Source: a candidate division WOR-3 bacterium (GTDB lineage: Bacteria; Hydrothermota; Tepidihabitantia; Tepidihabitantales; Tepidihabitantaceae). Taken from it: DNA of 64,000 bases. The position numbers and the translations under genes are program-made. Under the pieces are notes generated by a model. The model searched no databases. It was not told the origin of the DNA and saw nothing but the letters and a program-made list of their open reading frames with translations. Of the stretch, positions 10,598-19,779 are shown in pieces; position 1 is the first letter of the stretch; each line of letters opens with the position of its first letter. The stretch covers positions 32,557-96,556 of the forward strand of contig CBFGIT010000011.1 in assembly GCA_965648905.1 (NCBI GenBank). Reading direction: 5' to 3'.

Positions 10598-11986
10598 ATG
10601 TCACGCAGGGCAGTCCCAATACTTGCTGTCCTGATCTGTAGCGGTCTTCTTGCTGAACCGCCTGATACGCTCTGGCTGCGTCTGTTCGGCGGTGAGGAAG
10701 ATGAATGGGGTTGGTGGGTTGAAGAATGCCATGACGGCGGGTTTGTTCTCACCGGCTGGTCAAACTCCTATCCGCCGCGAAGCATGTGTGGTTATCTAGT
10801 CCGTACCGACAGTCTCGGTCGTGAGCTCTGGCATCGCGTCCTGAACTTCCGCACCGGCGACATCTGTCAGACCTATTGCGTTCGCCAAACTCACGACAAC
10901 GGCTACGTCGTTCTTGGGTACACCAACTATTACTCCTACGATGCCGTTCTCTGGCGCTTCGACAGTTCGGGTAACGAGCTGTGGCGGAACCACTACGGCG
11001 GTAGCAGTACCGAAGCCGACTACCTGTTGGAGGTGGCCGAGACTCCCGATAACGGCTTCATCGCCACTGGTTACCGCTATGACGGTTCAGACTACAACCT
11101 CTACCTGCTCAAGACCGACCCGGCCGGTAACGTTGACTGGGATAAGTTGTACGGCCGGCCGGCGTACTACGAGAAGGGCGAGGCGGTCATCAACACCGCT
11201 GACGGTGGCTACGCGGTTGCCGGTACTCAGAGCAGCGGCATCTGGCTCCTACGGCTGAACCAGAACGGCGACACGCTTTGGACCAGAGGTTTCGGCTCTG
11301 GCGTCTCCTTCGTCTTTTCGCTGATTGGTACTCCGGACAGCGGTTTCGTGCTTGCTGGAAGTGTCGCCCGCGGTTCCTACAGTGACGGCTACATCGTCCG
11401 CATTCGGGCCAACGGTGACACTGTCTGGACACGAAGAGTCGGCACCTATGAATTGGACGAGAAGTTCTGTTCGGTTGCACCGACTACTGACGGAGGGTTC
11501 GTCTGCGGCGGCTGGCACTATCCCCATCCCAACGACATCAACATCTGGCTGGTCAGATTCAACTCTGCCGGCGACACACTCTGGACCGCCAGCTACGGCA
11601 CCGACTCAGGCTACGATTACTGTTACTCGGCGCAGGAAGTATCAACGGGCGGTTACATCCTCTGCGGCCGAACCGACTGGCAGACAGCGGGCAGGTATGA
11701 CATCTGTCTTCTCCGCACTGACGCCGGCGCGGGAATCGAGGAAACGCCGAGCGCCGAAGTCCGAACGCCGAACCGCGGAGCAACCATCGTCCGCGGCGTG
11801 CTTCAGACGGCGACTTGCGAAGGGCGAACGGCGAATGGCGTTCTCGTTGATGCGATGGGCCGCAAGGTCCTCGACCTTGTGCCCGGCCCGAACGACGTCT
11901 CGCGTCTCGCGCCGGGGGTCTACTTCGTCCGTTCGTTAGTCGCCAATCGTCGATTGCCAGCATCCAAAATCATGATCGCCAAGTAG
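10598..11986 (+). CDS. secreted repeat protein (GDTLWT/TxDGGY repeats) with T9SS-like C-terminal domain
   Basis: RBS GGAGG; signal peptide; repeated xxDGG(Y/F)..G...DxxLxxTDxxGxxLW. Confidence 0.85.
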   Translation: MSRRAVPILAVLICSGLLAEPPDTLWLRLFGGEEDEWGWWVEECHDGGFVLTGWSNSYPPRSMCGYLVRTDSLGRELWHRVLNFRTGDICQTYCVRQTHDNGYVVLGYTNYYSYDAVLWRFDSSGNELWRNHYGGSSTEADYLLEVAETPDNGFIATGYRYDGSDYNLYLLKTDPAGNVDWDKLYGRPAYYEKGEAVINTADGGYAVAGTQSSGIWLLRLNQNGDTLWTRGFGSGVSFVFSLIGTPDSGFVLAGSVARGSYSDGYIVRIRANGDTVWTRRVGTYELDEKFCSVAPTTDGGFVCGGWHYPHPNDINIWLVRFNSAGDTLWTASYGTDSGYDYCYSAQEVSTGGYILCGRTDWQTAGRYDICLLRTDAGAGIEETPSAEVRTPNRGATIVRGVLQTATCEGRTANGVLVDAMGRKVLDLVPGPNDVSRLAPGVYFVRSLVANRRLPASKIMIAK

Positions 11987-11995
11987 GAGGCATAA

Positions 11996-14575
11996 ATGCG
12001 TTCGTCGACAATGCTCCGGGTGGTGATACTCGGTACGGCCGTTTCGGTCGCGCGCGCAGGCCCGCTTCCGCCGCCCGCTGTCCTCATCGACTCCGCGGTG
12101 GCTTTCGTCCGTTCTGACCGCGACCAGAGAAACCCGGCCGCGGCATTCGATGGGTCGAACTGGCTGGTGGTCTGGGAAGACAAACGCGGTGACGACGAGG
12201 CGATCTGGGGTGCCAGATTCTCAGCGGCCGGAGTACTGCTTGACTCCGCCAACATATGCATTGCCGACGACACCGAGGAACGAACTCAACCCAAGGTGGC
12301 ATTCAACGGCACCTGCTTTCTCGTGGTCTGGCAGGATGGCCGCAACCGTTCCTACGACATCTACGGTGCGAGGGTGACTCCGGCCGGGGCCTTGCTCGAC
12401 CCGGATGGGTTCATGATCTCGCGGTCCGACCAATCCGATATATACCCAACGGTCGCGAGTTCGGGGTCGGATTTCTTGGTCGCCTGGGAAGACCATCGCA
12501 ACTCCGGCAATGACGAAGACATCTACGCCGCCAGAGTCATCGGGTCCGGCGTGGTACTCGACACCGTCAACATCGCGGTTTCGACCGCCCGGGCCAGACA
12601 GGAGAACGTCGTCGTGACCGGCTACAGCGGTGGCTACCTCCTGGCCTGGACGGACTTCCGGAACGAGGCGACGACGGGCGAGGACGTATATGTCGCCCGA
12701 GTCAGCTCTGCCGGCAGCGTGCTCGACCCTGACGGCATCGCGGTGTCGTGTCTGTCCCAGACTCAGCACTGCCCGCAGTCGGCCTCGGACGGCACAAACT
12801 GCCTCGTTGTCTGGGAAGACTATCGTAATGCGAGCGGCGACATCTACGGCGCGCGCGTTTCCAATGCCGGTGTGGTGCTCGACCCGTCCGGCCTGCCCAT
12901 TCACGCGTCGAGTACCTTCTGGCAGGGCGACCCGTCCGTGGCTTACACCGGAAGTCAGTTTCTTGTCGTCTGGGAAGACGATAGCGTGACCGGCGGCGGT
13001 AATTGCGACATCCTAGCCTCGCGCGTGACGACCACGGGACAGGTCCTTGACCCATCGGGCTTGGTCGTGACATCGGCGCCCGCGAACGAATACTACCCGG
13101 CCATCGTCCGGGGCGGCTCGAATCTCCTCGTCGCCTGGCAGGACTACCGTAACGGCGAGGACCCCGATATCTACGCGACTCGCGTCAGTCTCGACGGCGC
13201 GCGGCTCGATACTGCCGACGTGATGCTCTCGCGCATCATGTATGCTTATGAGCAATTCACCCCGGCCGCTGCTTTTGATGGAGCGAACTTCCTGACGGTC
13301 TGGTCCGACCTGCGCACCTGCCAACAGCAGGTCTTCGGCGCGCGGATTACCCCCGGCGGGACACTGCTCGACCCCGGCGGTTTCTACATCGGTACCAACC
13401 CGTTCACGACGATTCCTGTGCCGGCGCTTGCTTTCGGGACGAGCAACTACTTGGTGGCGATTAACGGCGGTCTGAACAACTTCGTGGTTGAGGCCGCGCG
13501 GGTGACGCCCGCCGGCGGTGTTCTCGATACCAACTGGCTCTACACCGCCATCTCCGGCCGGGACGGCACTCCGCCCGCGGTCGCCTCCGACGGCAGCAAC
13601 TGGCTGATTGTCGCCGCCTTCAAGGACTTTGGCAACCAGTACAACGTCCAGGGTGTGCGCATCGCGCCCTGCGGCACACGGCTGGACTCTACTCCGTTCC
13701 GCATCGCGTACGGCCCGCGCGACATGTGCTACCCAGCAGCCACGTTCGGGCTGCAGAACTATCTCGCGGTCTGGCAGGACTTCCGGAGCAGTCTGACGTA
13801 CGACATCTACGGCGCGCGTATCAGCACCGATGGGGCTGTGCTCGATTCGGGAATTGCCATCTCAACCGCAGCCACCAGCCAATACGCGCCTTCGGTTGCA
13901 TTTGACGGGACCAACTGGCTGGTCACATGGCAGGACAACCGCAATGGCGGAGAGCGCGAGCTCTTCGGCACGCGGGTCAGTCAGTCGGGCACGGTCCTTG
14001 ACCCAAGCGGGATAAGGATAGGCTCATGCCCGGACAACTACGAAGACGCGGCGGCCCTTGCCTTCGACGGCACGAACTACTTCGCAGTCTGGCAGTGGCG
14101 GAACTGTGGTAACGGCGACCTGTGGGGGGCGCGCATCAGCCCGGCCGGAGTTGTGATTGACACCTTCCCGGTCTGCACCGCGCCGGAGTATCAGGCAACA
14201 CCCGCGGTCGCTGTCGGCGCCGGCGGGACCAAATTCGTCTCCTATTCCGGCTATGTTTCGACCCTGCACGGTTACCCGGCAGAGAAAATGCGCATCTGGG
14301 CCGGCATCTACCCGTTCTACGGAATCAGCGAAACGATGAACGATGAAAGCGGAACGACGAAAGTCGGGCCAACCATCGTGCGCGGTGTGCTTCAGATGGC
14401 GACTGGCGAAGAGCGAAAAGCGAATGGCGTCCTGCTTGACGTCGCGGGCCGCACGGCGCTGGACCTGAAGCCCGGCCCGAACGACGTCTCCCATCTCACG
14501 TCGGGGGTGTACTTCGTCCGGATGGTGGACGGCGATGAACGATCGGTCAACCCCAAGGTTGTGGTCACGCAGTAG
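11996..14575 (+). CDS. large secreted repeat protein with T9SS-like C-terminal domain (paralog of 7886-10582)
   Basis: RBS AGGAGG; about 12 repeats PxVAFDGTNxLVVWxDxRN..DIYGARV..G.VLDP.G. Confidence 0.85.
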   Translation: MRSSTMLRVVILGTAVSVARAGPLPPPAVLIDSAVAFVRSDRDQRNPAAAFDGSNWLVVWEDKRGDDEAIWGARFSAAGVLLDSANICIADDTEERTQPKVAFNGTCFLVVWQDGRNRSYDIYGARVTPAGALLDPDGFMISRSDQSDIYPTVASSGSDFLVAWEDHRNSGNDEDIYAARVIGSGVVLDTVNIAVSTARARQENVVVTGYSGGYLLAWTDFRNEATTGEDVYVARVSSAGSVLDPDGIAVSCLSQTQHCPQSASDGTNCLVVWEDYRNASGDIYGARVSNAGVVLDPSGLPIHASSTFWQGDPSVAYTGSQFLVVWEDDSVTGGGNCDILASRVTTTGQVLDPSGLVVTSAPANEYYPAIVRGGSNLLVAWQDYRNGEDPDIYATRVSLDGARLDTADVMLSRIMYAYEQFTPAAAFDGANFLTVWSDLRTCQQQVFGARITPGGTLLDPGGFYIGTNPFTTIPVPALAFGTSNYLVAINGGLNNFVVEAARVTPAGGVLDTNWLYTAISGRDGTPPAVASDGSNWLIVAAFKDFGNQYNVQGVRIAPCGTRLDSTPFRIAYGPRDMCYPAATFGLQNYLAVWQDFRSSLTYDIYGARISTDGAVLDSGIAISTAATSQYAPSVAFDGTNWLVTWQDNRNGGERELFGTRVSQSGTVLDPSGIRIGSCPDNYEDAAALAFDGTNYFAVWQWRNCGNGDLWGARISPAGVVIDTFPVCTAPEYQATPAVAVGAGGTKFVSYSGYVSTLHGYPAEKMRIWAGIYPFYGISETMNDESGTTKVGPTIVRGVLQMATGEERKANGVLLDVAGRTALDLKPGPNDVSHLTSGVYFVRMVDGDERSVNPKVVVTQ

Positions 14576-14581
14576 CACAGC

Positions 14582-16906
14582 GTGAATCGCTGCATCGCAT
14601 CGGCTCTGCTGCTTGTGGCTGCGACCGCAGCTCAGCAGGTCGAGCGCGAGGTGTTTCTGCCCGACAGCTTTGTCGGCCCGGAGTACCCGAACACAGTCTG
14701 CGTCGTGAGCTGGCAATCAACAGACAAGGTCTATGTCGGCGGCCATGGTGCGATTCCTGCCATCATGTCGTTCGACCCGCTGACTCGGGCCCGCAACTCG
14801 CGCCGGGCGATGGCTGAAAACACCGAGTTGCTGCTTGCTCAGCCCGACGGGCCGCTGGTCTTCGCCCTCGGCCGGCACCGGCTCACGGTCGTTGATGGGG
14901 TGCGGGATTCGGTTGTGGCCGAGGTCGAATACGGTGATGGGCCCGGACTTGCCGTGCTCGACCCAGCCCGGCAAAGGGTCTATGTGGCGGACCAACTGTA
15001 CGGCTCGATTGCGCATTACGACTACTCAGCCAGCCGGCTCAACTCCATCGCTGTGCCGTTGACTCCGACCGCGCTCTGCATCGCCGGTCTGGCAGACCGG
15101 CTCTTTGTTGCCGGACGCCAGGACACGGTCGCGGCCATCAGCCTGTCCGGCGATTCGCTCGTCCGCCTGATTGGCGTCGGGGATGAACCTTCGGCGCTTG
15201 TCTACGACCCGACCGACAACCACCTCTACTGTGCCAATCGGCTCGGCAACTCAGTTTCGGTGATAGACTGCGGGCAGGATTCGGTCGTCGGCAGCGTCTG
15301 GGTTGGAGCCGGGCCAGTCGCCCTGGCGCTGCACCGGGCAAGGAACCGGTTGTACTGCGCAGACCGGACCGCCTCCTGCATCGCGGTCGTTGACATCGCC
15401 AGCCTGTCGCTCGTGGACCTGATTCCGGTCAACCAGCCGGTGACGCTGCTCTGCGACACAGTGCGTGACCGGCTCTACTGCGGCACGATGGGAAGCGAAC
15501 TCGTGGTCGTTGACTGCCGGGCAGACACGGTCTGTGCTCGTCTGACAGTCGGCGAGGAGTGCAGCGCTCTGGCCCGGCTCGGGCAGGCTGTGTTCTCTGC
15601 CGGGTATGCCGGCGGCACGGTCAGTGTGATTGTGGGAGATTCGGTTGTTGCGGTTGTGCCGGCAGCAACCGCGGGCCCGCGCACCGCCCTTGTCTGCCGG
15701 AGCAAGCTCTACATTGCTGAAGAACGACTGGGCCACGTGACCGTACTTGCCCTGCCCGGATTCGAGCCGCTCGCCCGCGTCCAGACCGGCAGAAAACCCC
15801 GCGCCCTGTGCCGGGGGCCGAACTCGGAACGCGTGTACGTCGCCTGCTTTGGCGACAGCACAGTCTGGGCAATTGATGCGGCCTCAGATACTGTCGTCGG
15901 TCGCGTCGTGGTCGGCAATGCGCCCTGTCACATCGCTCTTGACTCAGTCGGCGCGAAACTGTACTGCGCGAACTTCGGCTCGGCCGACGTCGCGGTGCTT
16001 GACTGCCGGGGTGACTCGCTGCTCTACCGCCGGGCTTTCGGCCGGGCCTGCCGTCGCCTGGCCTACAACCACGTCAACCGCAAGGTCTATGGTGCATGTC
16101 ACGATTCGCGGACGATTGAGGTCATCAACTGTGTCAGTGATTCGGTCGTGGCCCGGATTCCGACTTCGGCTCCACCCTGGACCGTGGTCTGTGACGCCAC
16201 CGACAACCTGGTCTATTCGGGCACAAGCTGGGGCGGCCCGGTGATTGCCGGTGCGACCGACTCGGTGGTGGGTGACATCGGCGAGGCATTCTACGTCAAA
16301 GGACTATGCTGGGATTCAGCCGCGAATCGCATCTACATGGCGAACAACTACTCAAGCGCCGTGCTCGGCATCGACGGCCCGACCCACACTGTGGTCCGGC
16401 AGCTCGCGGTCAATGCTCTGCCCGCGGACCTGACCTGGTCAGCACACTCGGGTTTGAGCTATCTGTGTCATAACCGTGCGGGACGAATCACTGACCAGGT
16501 CACGGTCATCGGGCGCGACAGCGTGGTCACCGAGCTTGGGGTCCGGCCCAGCCCGGTCGAAGCGATTGCCGACCCGGAGCGGCAGCGGGTCTATGTACTC
16601 AACTGGGAGTCGAGCTGCATCGCAGTTATCGCCGACGGCCCGACCGACATCAGAGAGACAGAGCAGCAAGCGGTCCGAACACCGACTACCCCAACCATCA
16701 CCCACGGCAGGCTGTTCCTCGGCGCGGGACATAACCCGATTCCGGCCGGGGAATCGGGATTGTGTCCCAAGCCCGTGCTGCTCGACGCCTGCGGGCGCAA
16801 GGTCGCAGACCTTGTGCCGGGCAACAACGACATTCGTCACCTCGCGCCCGGTGCCTACGTCGTCTACTCTGCACCTGGCACCCTCAAGGTCGTGCTGCAA
16901 CGCTGA
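14582..16906 (+). CDS. secreted YncE/YVTN double beta-propeller protein with T9SS-like C-terminal domain
   Basis: Signal peptide; repeated KLYCAN...VxVIDCxxDSVV; C-terminus LLDACGRKVADLVPGNNDIRHLAPGAY. Confidence 0.85.
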   Translation: MNRCIASALLLVAATAAQQVEREVFLPDSFVGPEYPNTVCVVSWQSTDKVYVGGHGAIPAIMSFDPLTRARNSRRAMAENTELLLAQPDGPLVFALGRHRLTVVDGVRDSVVAEVEYGDGPGLAVLDPARQRVYVADQLYGSIAHYDYSASRLNSIAVPLTPTALCIAGLADRLFVAGRQDTVAAISLSGDSLVRLIGVGDEPSALVYDPTDNHLYCANRLGNSVSVIDCGQDSVVGSVWVGAGPVALALHRARNRLYCADRTASCIAVVDIASLSLVDLIPVNQPVTLLCDTVRDRLYCGTMGSELVVVDCRADTVCARLTVGEECSALARLGQAVFSAGYAGGTVSVIVGDSVVAVVPAATAGPRTALVCRSKLYIAEERLGHVTVLALPGFEPLARVQTGRKPRALCRGPNSERVYVACFGDSTVWAIDAASDTVVGRVVVGNAPCHIALDSVGAKLYCANFGSADVAVLDCRGDSLLYRRAFGRACRRLAYNHVNRKVYGACHDSRTIEVINCVSDSVVARIPTSAPPWTVVCDATDNLVYSGTSWGGPVIAGATDSVVGDIGEAFYVKGLCWDSAANRIYMANNYSSAVLGIDGPTHTVVRQLAVNALPADLTWSAHSGLSYLCHNRAGRITDQVTVIGRDSVVTELGVRPSPVEAIADPERQRVYVLNWESSCIAVIADGPTDIRETEQQAVRTPTTPTITHGRLFLGAGHNPIPAGESGLCPKPVLLDACGRKVADLVPGNNDIRHLAPGAYVVYSAPGTLKVVLQR
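16726..16768. repeat. palindromic element inside the CDS C-terminal domain
   Basis: GGGACATAACCCGATTCC ... GGAATCGGGATTGTGTCCC, a near-perfect inverted repeat. Confidence 0.8.
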
Positions 16907-16925
16907 TTGTCTGCCAAACTGCCGG

Positions 16926-17564
16926 TCAGCGGCCGGCGACTTCACGGGCCACGCGGTCCGCGGTCTTCGTGACGCCCGCGATGATGGCGCTCGAGCTCTT
17001 TGTCGCCAGCGTGACGGCATCAATGCTGTCAGGCCGGGCCGGGTCATAGTCCAGCAGGCGTTCGAGCAGGCCTTGTCTGACAACGAGTTCAAGATAGGCT
17101 GGCGTCTCCTGGTTGTCGAGAAGATAGATGCGCCTGGGGCGAGCCTGGGCATCGAGGAGCACCTGCATCGGAACCGGGCCAGCGTAACCTGCAGCAGTGG
17201 TCCCGGCTGAGTCGGAGTAGACCGAGTATCCGAGTACTTTCTGACTTCGGTCCAAGACAAACTCTATCGGGAAAGGGTTAGCTCGGTGTTCCACCGACCA
17301 GGCATCGGGGAAGGTTTTGACTATTGCCTGAGGTAGCTCAGCCTGGGCCGGCTCGCGCCGGGCTGTGGTCTGGGGTACGGCGGGCGGTGGTTCTGGCCTC
17401 TTTGCTGCCGTCGTGTCCAGCGCCGGTGCGGTTTCCGGAACCGTCGGTCTCGGCCGGTCTTCAGCCAGCCGCGACCGGTCTGGCACCGCGGGCCGGGAGC
17501 CACAGCCGGCACCAATCAGCAACAGGGTTAGCCCGAGCCGGAAAGTGAACGAAGGACGCATCAT
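16926..17564 (-). CDS. FMN-binding domain lipoprotein
   Basis: Lipobox-like LIGAGC, Pro-rich linker, GYAGPV..., ETPAY, IDAVTLATKSS. Confidence 0.78.
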   Translation of the reverse strand: MMRPSFTFRLGLTLLLIGAGCGSRPAVPDRSRLAEDRPRPTVPETAPALDTTAAKRPEPPPAVPQTTARREPAQAELPQAIVKTFPDAWSVEHRANPFPIEFVLDRSQKVLGYSVYSDSAGTTAAGYAGPVPMQVLLDAQARPRRIYLLDNQETPAYLELVVRQGLLERLLDYDPARPDSIDAVTLATKSSSAIIAGVTKTADRVAREVAGR

Positions 17565-17617
17565 GGTTGTTTCAGAGTATCTCCACATAGGCCGGCCAGG
17601 TCAATTCCGGCGTGCGC

Positions 17618-17645
17618 TTGACAACCGGCCTGACCCGGCTACAAT
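17618..17645 (+). promoter_or_regulatory. sigma70-type promoter (TTGACA-16-TACAAT)
   Basis: Near-consensus hexamers upstream of the PP-loop gene. Confidence 0.6.
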
Positions 17646-17721
17646 AGAGCAACGGTGAGGGCATCTATCTCCCATTCGTCAATGTCTGAAAACGAACTGC
17701 CTCGGCAGAAGGAAGCGACCG

Positions 17722-18780
17722 GTGATCCCCAGTCGTAAGTCCAAGGCGGTCGGGCTCTTCTCCGGAGGCCTCGACAGCATCCTTGCCACTCGACTGATTG
17801 CCGAACAGGGCGTAACCGTAGTTGCGCTCAATTTCCGGGGGCCGTTCGATATCGCCGGTCAAACCCCGTCTGAAGAGCGACTGAGCAGGATGGCGCAACT
17901 GCTTGGCGCAAGCCTTGTCTCCCTTGAGCTGGGCGACGACTATCTGCAACTGGTCCGCAAGCCGGCACTGGGCTATGTCCGGCAGATGGCGCCGTGTCTT
18001 GACTGTATCATCCACATGCTGGTCAAAGCCAAACAACTGGCCCGGGAAATCCATGCCGACTTCGTCTTCACCGGCGAAGTGGTTGGGCAGCGGACGATGT
18101 GCCAGAACAAGCGGGCTCTGAAGACAGTTGAGCGGGCCGCCGGGCTTGAGGGCAGGCTGCTCCGGCCGCTTTCGGCCAAGCTGCTTGAACCCACCATCCC
18201 GGAACTGACCGGATTGGTCCGGCGTGAACGGCTGCTCGACCTGAAGGGCAAGGGCCGGCGCCGACAAATCCGTCTCGCCCATGAGTTCGGCATCTTCGAT
18301 TATCCGATTCCCGGCATCGGCTGCATGCTCCTCGACAAGAACTTCGCAGCCCGGGCGCGAGAACTGGTCAGCCACGACCAGTTGACGCTGAATGACATCG
18401 GTCTGCTGAAAGTCGGACGCCACTTCCGGCTTGACTCCGGTGCCAAGGTGATCGTCGGCCGCAATGAGCAGGAGAATCACGCGCTCGAGTCCTCGGCCCA
18501 GCCTGACGACGTCATCTGCAAGCCGGTCGAGGTAATGGGACCGACCGTGCTCATTCGTGCCCGAAAACAGACCAAGAAGGATGCCGACATCGCCGTGCGC
18601 ATCGCCGCCCGGTTCAGCGACGCGCCCGAGGGCAAGGCGGTCAAGTTCGCCTGCGGCGAAAAGACGATGTCGGTCAAGCCCTATGCTGATGAGGACATGG
18701 CTGCCTGGCGCATCCGCTACGTCGAGCCGCCCAGACCCGAGCCCAAGAAGCCGGCCGACAAGCCGAAGAAAGGCAAGTGA
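17722..18780 (+). CDS. PP-loop tRNA sulfurtransferase-like protein (ThiI/MnmA-related)
   Basis: SGGLDS PP-loop, PCLDC, TGEVVGQR, LLRPLSAK, GCMLLD, GRHFRL. Confidence 0.8.
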   Translation: MIPSRKSKAVGLFSGGLDSILATRLIAEQGVTVVALNFRGPFDIAGQTPSEERLSRMAQLLGASLVSLELGDDYLQLVRKPALGYVRQMAPCLDCIIHMLVKAKQLAREIHADFVFTGEVVGQRTMCQNKRALKTVERAAGLEGRLLRPLSAKLLEPTIPELTGLVRRERLLDLKGKGRRRQIRLAHEFGIFDYPIPGIGCMLLDKNFAARARELVSHDQLTLNDIGLLKVGRHFRLDSGAKVIVGRNEQENHALESSAQPDDVICKPVEVMGPTVLIRARKQTKKDADIAVRIAARFSDAPEGKAVKFACGEKTMSVKPYADEDMAAWRIRYVEPPRPEPKKPADKPKKGK

Positions 18781-18784
18781 GTAT

Positions 18785-19024
18785 ATGGATGATTCGACCC
18801 GGGACCTTGTGCGCAAGGTGCTTGACGAGCAGGTTCGCCCGAACCTGCAGATGGACGGCGGCGACGTCGAACTCGTCAGCGTGGGCGACGACGGGGTAGT
18901 TCAGTTGCGATTGACCGGTGCGTGCTCGGGCTGCCCGTTTTCCGCGCTGACCATGGCGGTCAGCGTCGAGCGCGTCCTCAAGGAGAAAGTTCCGGGCGTC
19001 GTGCGGGTTCAGCCCGTGCCCTAG
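18785..19024 (+). CDS. NifU/NfuA-like Fe-S carrier protein
   Basis: VRPNLQMDGGDVELV and GACSGCP; start MDDSTR. Confidence 0.9.
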   Translation: MDDSTRDLVRKVLDEQVRPNLQMDGGDVELVSVGDDGVVQLRLTGACSGCPFSALTMAVSVERVLKEKVPGVVRVQPVP

Positions 19025-19050
19025 GGGCGTCGAGCCGCGCACGAAACCGT

Positions 19051-19779
19051 CTAGCGGCCTTGGGCCAGTCGGTCGGCCAGGTTCTGAGGCAGGCCGGCGG
19101 CTCGCATCTTCTTCTGAACCGACACAATGTCATACTCAACTCGATGGAACGAGAGCGTGCTGGTTCGTGAGTTGTAGATGACGGCGCTGGCGCGCGGGTC
19201 TCCGTCCCGGGGCTGGCCCACGCTGCCGACATTGACTAGGTATCGGGCTTCAGGCTTGAGTTCAAAGCTGTCTGCGATGACAAGCTGTGCCCGCTGACCA
19301 GGCAGCCGCTCGACCGCAAATGGGTGGTGCGAGTGGCCGACCAGGCAGACCCGGTCCGGGTAGTAGTCCATTTCCTCTTCGGCCTCAGCCAGACTCAGAA
19401 GATAGACCCACTCTTCGGGCTCGGACGGCGAGGCGTGGACGATGAGCATCGGGTCGAGCCGTTCGGCAAGCGGCAGATTCTCCAGGTAGACCCGGTTGAC
19501 CGCGCTCAGTTTCTCCCGAGTCCAGAGCACCGCCGCGGCCGCGCTGTCGTTGAATGCCCGAATTGAGGTCTTCCCGACCACGCCGTAGTCATGATTGCCC
19601 GCAACGCAGACCGTGTGCAGACTCCGAATCGTCTCGATGCAGCGATTCGGGTCCGGGCCATAGCCGACGATGTCGCCGCAGCAGACATACCTCGTCACGC
19701 CCCGGTCCTTCATCAACGCCAGCACCGCTTCCAGGGCAGCAAGATTCCCGTGGATGTCGGAGAGGATGCCGGTCTTCAT
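19051..19779 (-). CDS. metallophosphoesterase family protein
   Basis: SDIHGN, GDIVGYGP, GNHD, GHSH, NVGSVGQPRDG. Confidence 0.92.
   Translation of the reverse strand: MKTGILSDIHGNLAALEAVLALMKDRGVTRYVCCGDIVGYGPDPNRCIETIRSLHTVCVAGNHDYGVVGKTSIRAFNDSAAAAVLWTREKLSAVNRVYLENLPLAERLDPMLIVHASPSEPEEWVYLLSLAEAEEEMDYYPDRVCLVGHSHHPFAVERLPGQRAQLVIADSFELKPEARYLVNVGSVGQPRDGDPRASAVIYNSRTSTLSFHRVEYDIVSVQKKMRAAGLPQNLADRLAQGR

Noticed and set aside
17682..17738. 18-aa upstream ORF overlapping the PP-loop gene start
   Set aside because: No RBS or other support; cannot be distinguished from chance.
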